Shown here piece by piece: positions 59,595-64,000 of a stretch of DNA of 64,000 nucleotides (position 1 is its first letter; each line of letters begins with the position of its first letter). Under the pieces are notes generated by a model. It was not told where the DNA came from, did no database searches, and saw only the letters and a program-made list of their open reading frames with translations. The position numbers were made by a program, and so were the translations under genes. Source of the stretch: Eutreptiella sp. 'Long Island Sound 2002' (Eukaryota > Protista > Euglenida); contig OZ038378.1 in NCBI GenBank assembly GCA_964036045.1, positions 179,614,001 through 179,678,000 of the forward strand. The letters run 5' to 3'.

Positions 59595-61437
59595 TAGCCC
59601 ACGCAAACTGCACCCTGTTTGGTGCGCCGAACGCGCTGAAAAAAACTGGTTCGCAACAGGGCAAGAAAACTTTTTTTTGGATGTTTGATGAACGTGATTT
59701 TGGGCGTAGTGAAATAAGTTGCTTTTTTAGTGTTGTGCAACTCCGCGTTCCTCAATGTGACGTTTTTTACATTTGTCTGGCGTTCTGAGTGTGCGAGGCC
59801 TCGCGCACTCAAGATATTCAAAGTAGAGTTTATTAACAAACCTAAAAACCCGTAAGAACGGGCGTTTGCGGAAATACGCAGCTCCCACACGGTATTAAAA
59901 CTAGAATTGTGTTGACCAAGGAGCATTGGAAGTGTATGACTGTCGGACTGCCCATCTTAGGGGAAACACATATACTCTAAAGTGAAAATGAAATACAAAT
60001 TTCGGCATCCGGAGTGCGCAAGGCCTCGTGCACTCAGGTCACATTATGTATTAATTTCCGGAATGGATATGACGCGTACAATTGCAGGTACAATACCAGA
60101 CATTTAGCCCACGCAAACTGCACCCTGTTTTTCACCTCAAGGGCGGCATTTGTGTGCAAAAAAAAGACGCGCAGTTTCCGCGTGTTTCCACCTAAAAAGT
60201 GAGAATTGAAAAACAGAGGAATCCCAAATCTATTTTTTTAGGCAATCAGCGGAATGCAAGTAGTCAGAGGTATGAAAAAAAGTTTTTTTTGGCATGTTGA
60301 GTGCGCGAGGCCTCGCGCACTCAATTATGCAGAATGTGTATTTCCCAATGGTCCTGAATAAACAGTATTCCATGCCAAATGAGGCTCTGATGTCTTAATG
60401 GGTGCCTCATGGTGTACCGTTCGGGTCATGTCAGCAGCAAGAGTGGTCAATCAATGGACGTTTTGTACACGCCATGCACTATGTAAGGTGTAATAGATCT
60501 AAAAAGGCGGGTTGCCCTCAGTCCTTGCTAAACACACGACTTTAAGTTAGTTTACCTACAAATGAGGTGCCCAGCCTCCCATCTTTTGGGGCTGTACAAC
60601 AGTTTGTCAGAAGCGCTAGGTCACAGGACGTATGAAGCAAGTGCTCTAGAGGAGGATAGTCTAATCGCTACTCTTGAGCTCACTGTCTTCACAGGATTCC
60701 AAAAGTGAGGAATCTCAAAAAGCCTTTTGGAGGCTATCGGCAGCATGCAAGTAGTCAGGGGTATTCAAAAACCCATGCTTCTAGCATGTTGAGTGCGCGA
60801 GCCCTCGCGCACTCAGTGTTCCGCTGTGCAAGTCTTTAACCCATATTGAATCTTGCAGTTTTGCTTTTGCTCCATCCCTGCTTCATGCCACTTCTGATGT
60901 CAAAAAGTGATCTCAAAAAAGCCTTAAAATCTCACTCCAGCTGGCTGATTGCGCGAGGCCTCGAGCACTCAGCCTCCCATAATAAGTTTTTTTTTCATGT
61001 GGACATGTACAGGATGTGTGAACAGCGCCCATCTTTAATAGTTTTCCAGACAATCCAAAAATTGGTATTTTTCAAATTAGCCAACAAATTTTTTTTTCGG
61101 GGAAAATGACCGGTAAACCCTCTGATTTTGGACTAAAGAATGGTTATTTGACCCCCCTAAAAACAGCAAAAAATGGGCAAACCTGATGAAAAATGCATCT
61201 TTTGGGAGGGTTTGAAAAACAGTATTTTCAAGATGGCAAAAAAAACTATTTTTTTCGGTGACAAAATCTAGGTGCTTAGGTGAAAAAAAGGGGGTGCAGT
61301 TTGCGTGGGCTAAGAGACAGACAAACACATTTTATTTTTTCTGTTGTACGTGTGTGTAGACACCGTGTTGGTCAGATATAACACGGTATAGAACACTGTC
61401 CTACGGAAACAATCAGTGCGCAGGGCCTCGCGCACTT
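59595..61437. repeat. Array of six 24-bp palindromes plus an inverted 21-bp motif
   Basis: GAGTGCGCGAGGCCTCGCGCACTC variants at 59787, 60012, 60299, 60791, 60947 and 61414. tagcccacgcaaactgcaccc at 59595 and 60105, with its exact reverse complement at 61292-61312. Confidence 0.9.
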
Positions 61438-62031
61438 AAACCACGCAAGAAAATGAAAAAGCAGGCAGGTCAGGCTACGCCGGTATTTACATTCCCTTTC
61501 ACGGCTACCACCTGTGACAGTCAATTTTACATCCGTAACCTTTGTCATATTTTTCAGGGGAGCAGGGGAATGATTTGCTTTTTTCCAACAGCCACTCAAT
61601 GGCAGACGTGTCCAGTTCTAATAGCGGCCGTAGCCTTTGCTGCCCGATAGATAGGGTTTCTTTTTCCAAATGGGTTTAAAGACGCAAACGGAACAGGAAA
61701 TTGTGGTTGCGAAAACGGTTTTCGGTTACTGGGAATGACGCGTTCCCGTGGGGGGCCTGGCCACGGGACGCTGCGGTGACACGCACAAGCAAGCAGGCAG
61801 GCAAAGCACTGCGCTCACAGGGGCATCAATACGCTCGTGTCATGTGACAAAGCGTTTCAGGATCCTTGCCACTCTGAAACAAGGGAACAAAAGTATGTAC
61901 AGCAACACATCAGGATATGTACACATGGGGTTAAGACTGGACTGGGGTAAGGGCATCACAGGATAATAGACACTCAGTCCCAACTCATATCCCAATCCCA
62001 GGTCCGACCCTGTCAGTGGCTGGTGGGGGCG

Positions 62032-62150
62032 GGGGCTCAAACACGACTCATGCCCTGCTCAGTCCGGACTCTGAAACCCTGCCGATAGGGGGGGGAGTCG
62101 CGCCCAGCCACAGGCGAGTTCCTGGAAACCAAGTGGGTCCAAGGCCAACC
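62032..62150 (-). mobile_element. Probable retroelement 3' end
   Basis: Minus strand reads ...GRVSESGLSRA* gtcgtgtttgagccc, the same TTGAGCCC terminus as the 20951-21121 insertion. Confidence 0.4.
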
Positions 62151-64000
62151 GACAGTGGTCCCCTATGCTCCCTTAACAGCAGGTCCCAACTCCTCTCTGA
62201 GCCAGAGATATGGCCCCGCCAATATCCCCTGGGCGTTGGTAGCTGAAAATGGGCTGTTTCAGCCCAAACTGATATTAGCTCAAAAATCTCCAAAATTGAC
62301 CCCTCTTTGGGACCCGCTAGAGGTAGGGACGAGGCAATTGACCCTATGCCCTTCGAATACCAACTCCCTGGAGCCCTCACCCAACCTGGTTCCCTCTGAG
62401 GTCCCTGCATCAGGGCACCACGGGTTCGTCAAGTGGGGTCATGATGCCAAAATCACCAAAATCGGCGTCATCCCCACGCGCGGCTCGCCCGGCCAGGGCA
62501 AGGCCAATGGCTCACAGGGTAGGAGGCGGGACCTAGGACTTCTATCTGAGTGTACAACTTGGAATTAGGTCCGGGCTCCCTGTGGGCATAGAGATATGGG
62601 GCCGCCAATTGACCACACGGGGGGGTGAAATTGGGGTCCCAAAAGGGGGTCATTTTGGCTGCTCGAAATGAGCCAAAATTTGGGGGTGCTCCCAATAGTA
62701 TATCTCCACGCCGGCTTGGAGATCCGATCTGCCATTCCATACGCAATCCAGCGGGAGTCCAACGAGGACTCCCATGCCCTTGGCTCTCAAAGATCTCCAT
62801 GCCACTCGGCGTGGTGATGATACCAATTGGGTCCATAAATGCCAAAATGGCAAAACTGTCCACACTCACTTTGGGCTAGCACCTTAACGAAGGTTGCTCC
62901 GCTTCGCCCACGTGGTGTGTGAACCATGGGGACCAATATACATATCACCTATGTCATATACGGTCCATTGGTCCATGCGTCCGGCGTGCAGGAGGGTGCT
63001 GAACATGGTGCACGGCGGGCAGAAAATGTGGAAAATTGCTCAAAATGGCCGAAAATGCGCACACTCATGGTTGGGGCAAATGAGGCACATGCCCGACTTT
63101 GACCGGAGTGTGCCATAGGATTGGTATCAAGTCATATGTGTCCAACATATCTTTTGGGCGTCGCCCAACTCCTCCGGTTTCAGGAATGGCAGGGTCGCCA
63201 AGTGAGCCCATGATTTGGGATGGTCCCAAATCGCCAACATGGCGGCCACGGTACGCCAAGCCCAAGAGGAGTTATCCGCCGGGTTCAAGATATGTTGGGC
63301 ACCGAAGTATGTACCCTCATAACATACTTGGGTCATGATGTCAATTGGGCGCAACGTTGAGATACACGGTCGCCACTTGACATCATGACGGGCAAAAAAC
63401 AGCAATATTGGCGAAAAAACACCCAAAAGTGCCTCGAAAGGCGCACAAATATATTATAATGTCTTCGGCTTGGATTGAGTAATCGACCAATCCTTCTAAA
63501 CACAATGACTTGACACCAATGACCTCCGATTCCACATATGTGCTCCACTTGGGGCGCTTTGAAAGGTCACGAGCGCTACTTCCCAAGTGGGCACATGAAA
63601 ATATGGAAAATTGCAAAACACACACCTTGCTCCCAACGCATCGCTTTGGGATCGCCACACAAGCTTTCCTCCACGAAGGTTAGGCTTGCAATTGATGGTG
63701 GGGAGTATAGAGAAGGGCCTCGTGCAATATGAGGTCCATTGGTGGGTGTATCGCTCTTAGCCAAACCCGCCAAATGGGCACGCAATACAACACATGGCAC
63801 ATGCCACATACTGCCCAAAAAGGTAGCTCCCCCCACGATATGTCATGCCCCTCCAAGGGCATAACGTTGTGTCAATCGCTCATAGGAACTCAAGGAAAGT
63901 TCCTATGCAACACCAACACTCGCGCGCTACACTCGAAAGTTATCTTAACGCACGCAATATCATGGCCAAAGAGTTATAACGCAAACTCCACCCTCTTGAC

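Noticed and set aside
59787-61437. CRISPR-like reading of the 24-bp palindrome array
   Set aside because: Spacers are 130-470 bp and irregular, and two of them are partly homologous.
61741-61770. Hairpin cgttcccgtgg...ccacgggacg as a Helitron 3' end
   Set aside because: No CTRR terminus at the expected distance on either strand.

Overview
Repeat-dense eukaryotic nuclear DNA, most likely from a photosynthetic euglenid. This is an inference from a green-lineage LHCII fragment, polypyrimidine-AG acceptors just upstream of start codons, and abundant G/C-tract MITEs. Two intact spliced genes can be rebuilt on the + strand with GT-AG introns. One is a GH3 beta-xylosidase-like glycosidase (4 exons, 25891-34174, 851 aa). 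The other is a TPR-containing protein (3 exons, 38885-42651, 356 aa). The 3' coding end of a third gene sits at 1-253. Most of the rest is nested, decayed mobile DNA: a hAT element, LINE remnants (RNase H, zf-RVT-like), TA-target MITEs, satellite-carrying elements, a CAC..GTG TIR element and two gag/ORF1-like ORFs. There is also an intronless AGC kinase pseudogene. Main points for follow-up: (1) host-gene-like fragments (LHCII, SAP domain, a polyQ exon) sit inside three different element types; (2) the third GH3 intron is 417 nt, in frame and stop-free; (3) there are two unexplained palindrome arrays (a 24-bp palindrome in six copies; GGCTTAAGCC/GCGGCGCCGC); (4) a tail-less insertion has a 13-bp TSD and ends in TTGAGCCC. 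No rRNA, tRNA or CRISPR array is supported. All family assignments come from motif recognition by eye, not database searches.
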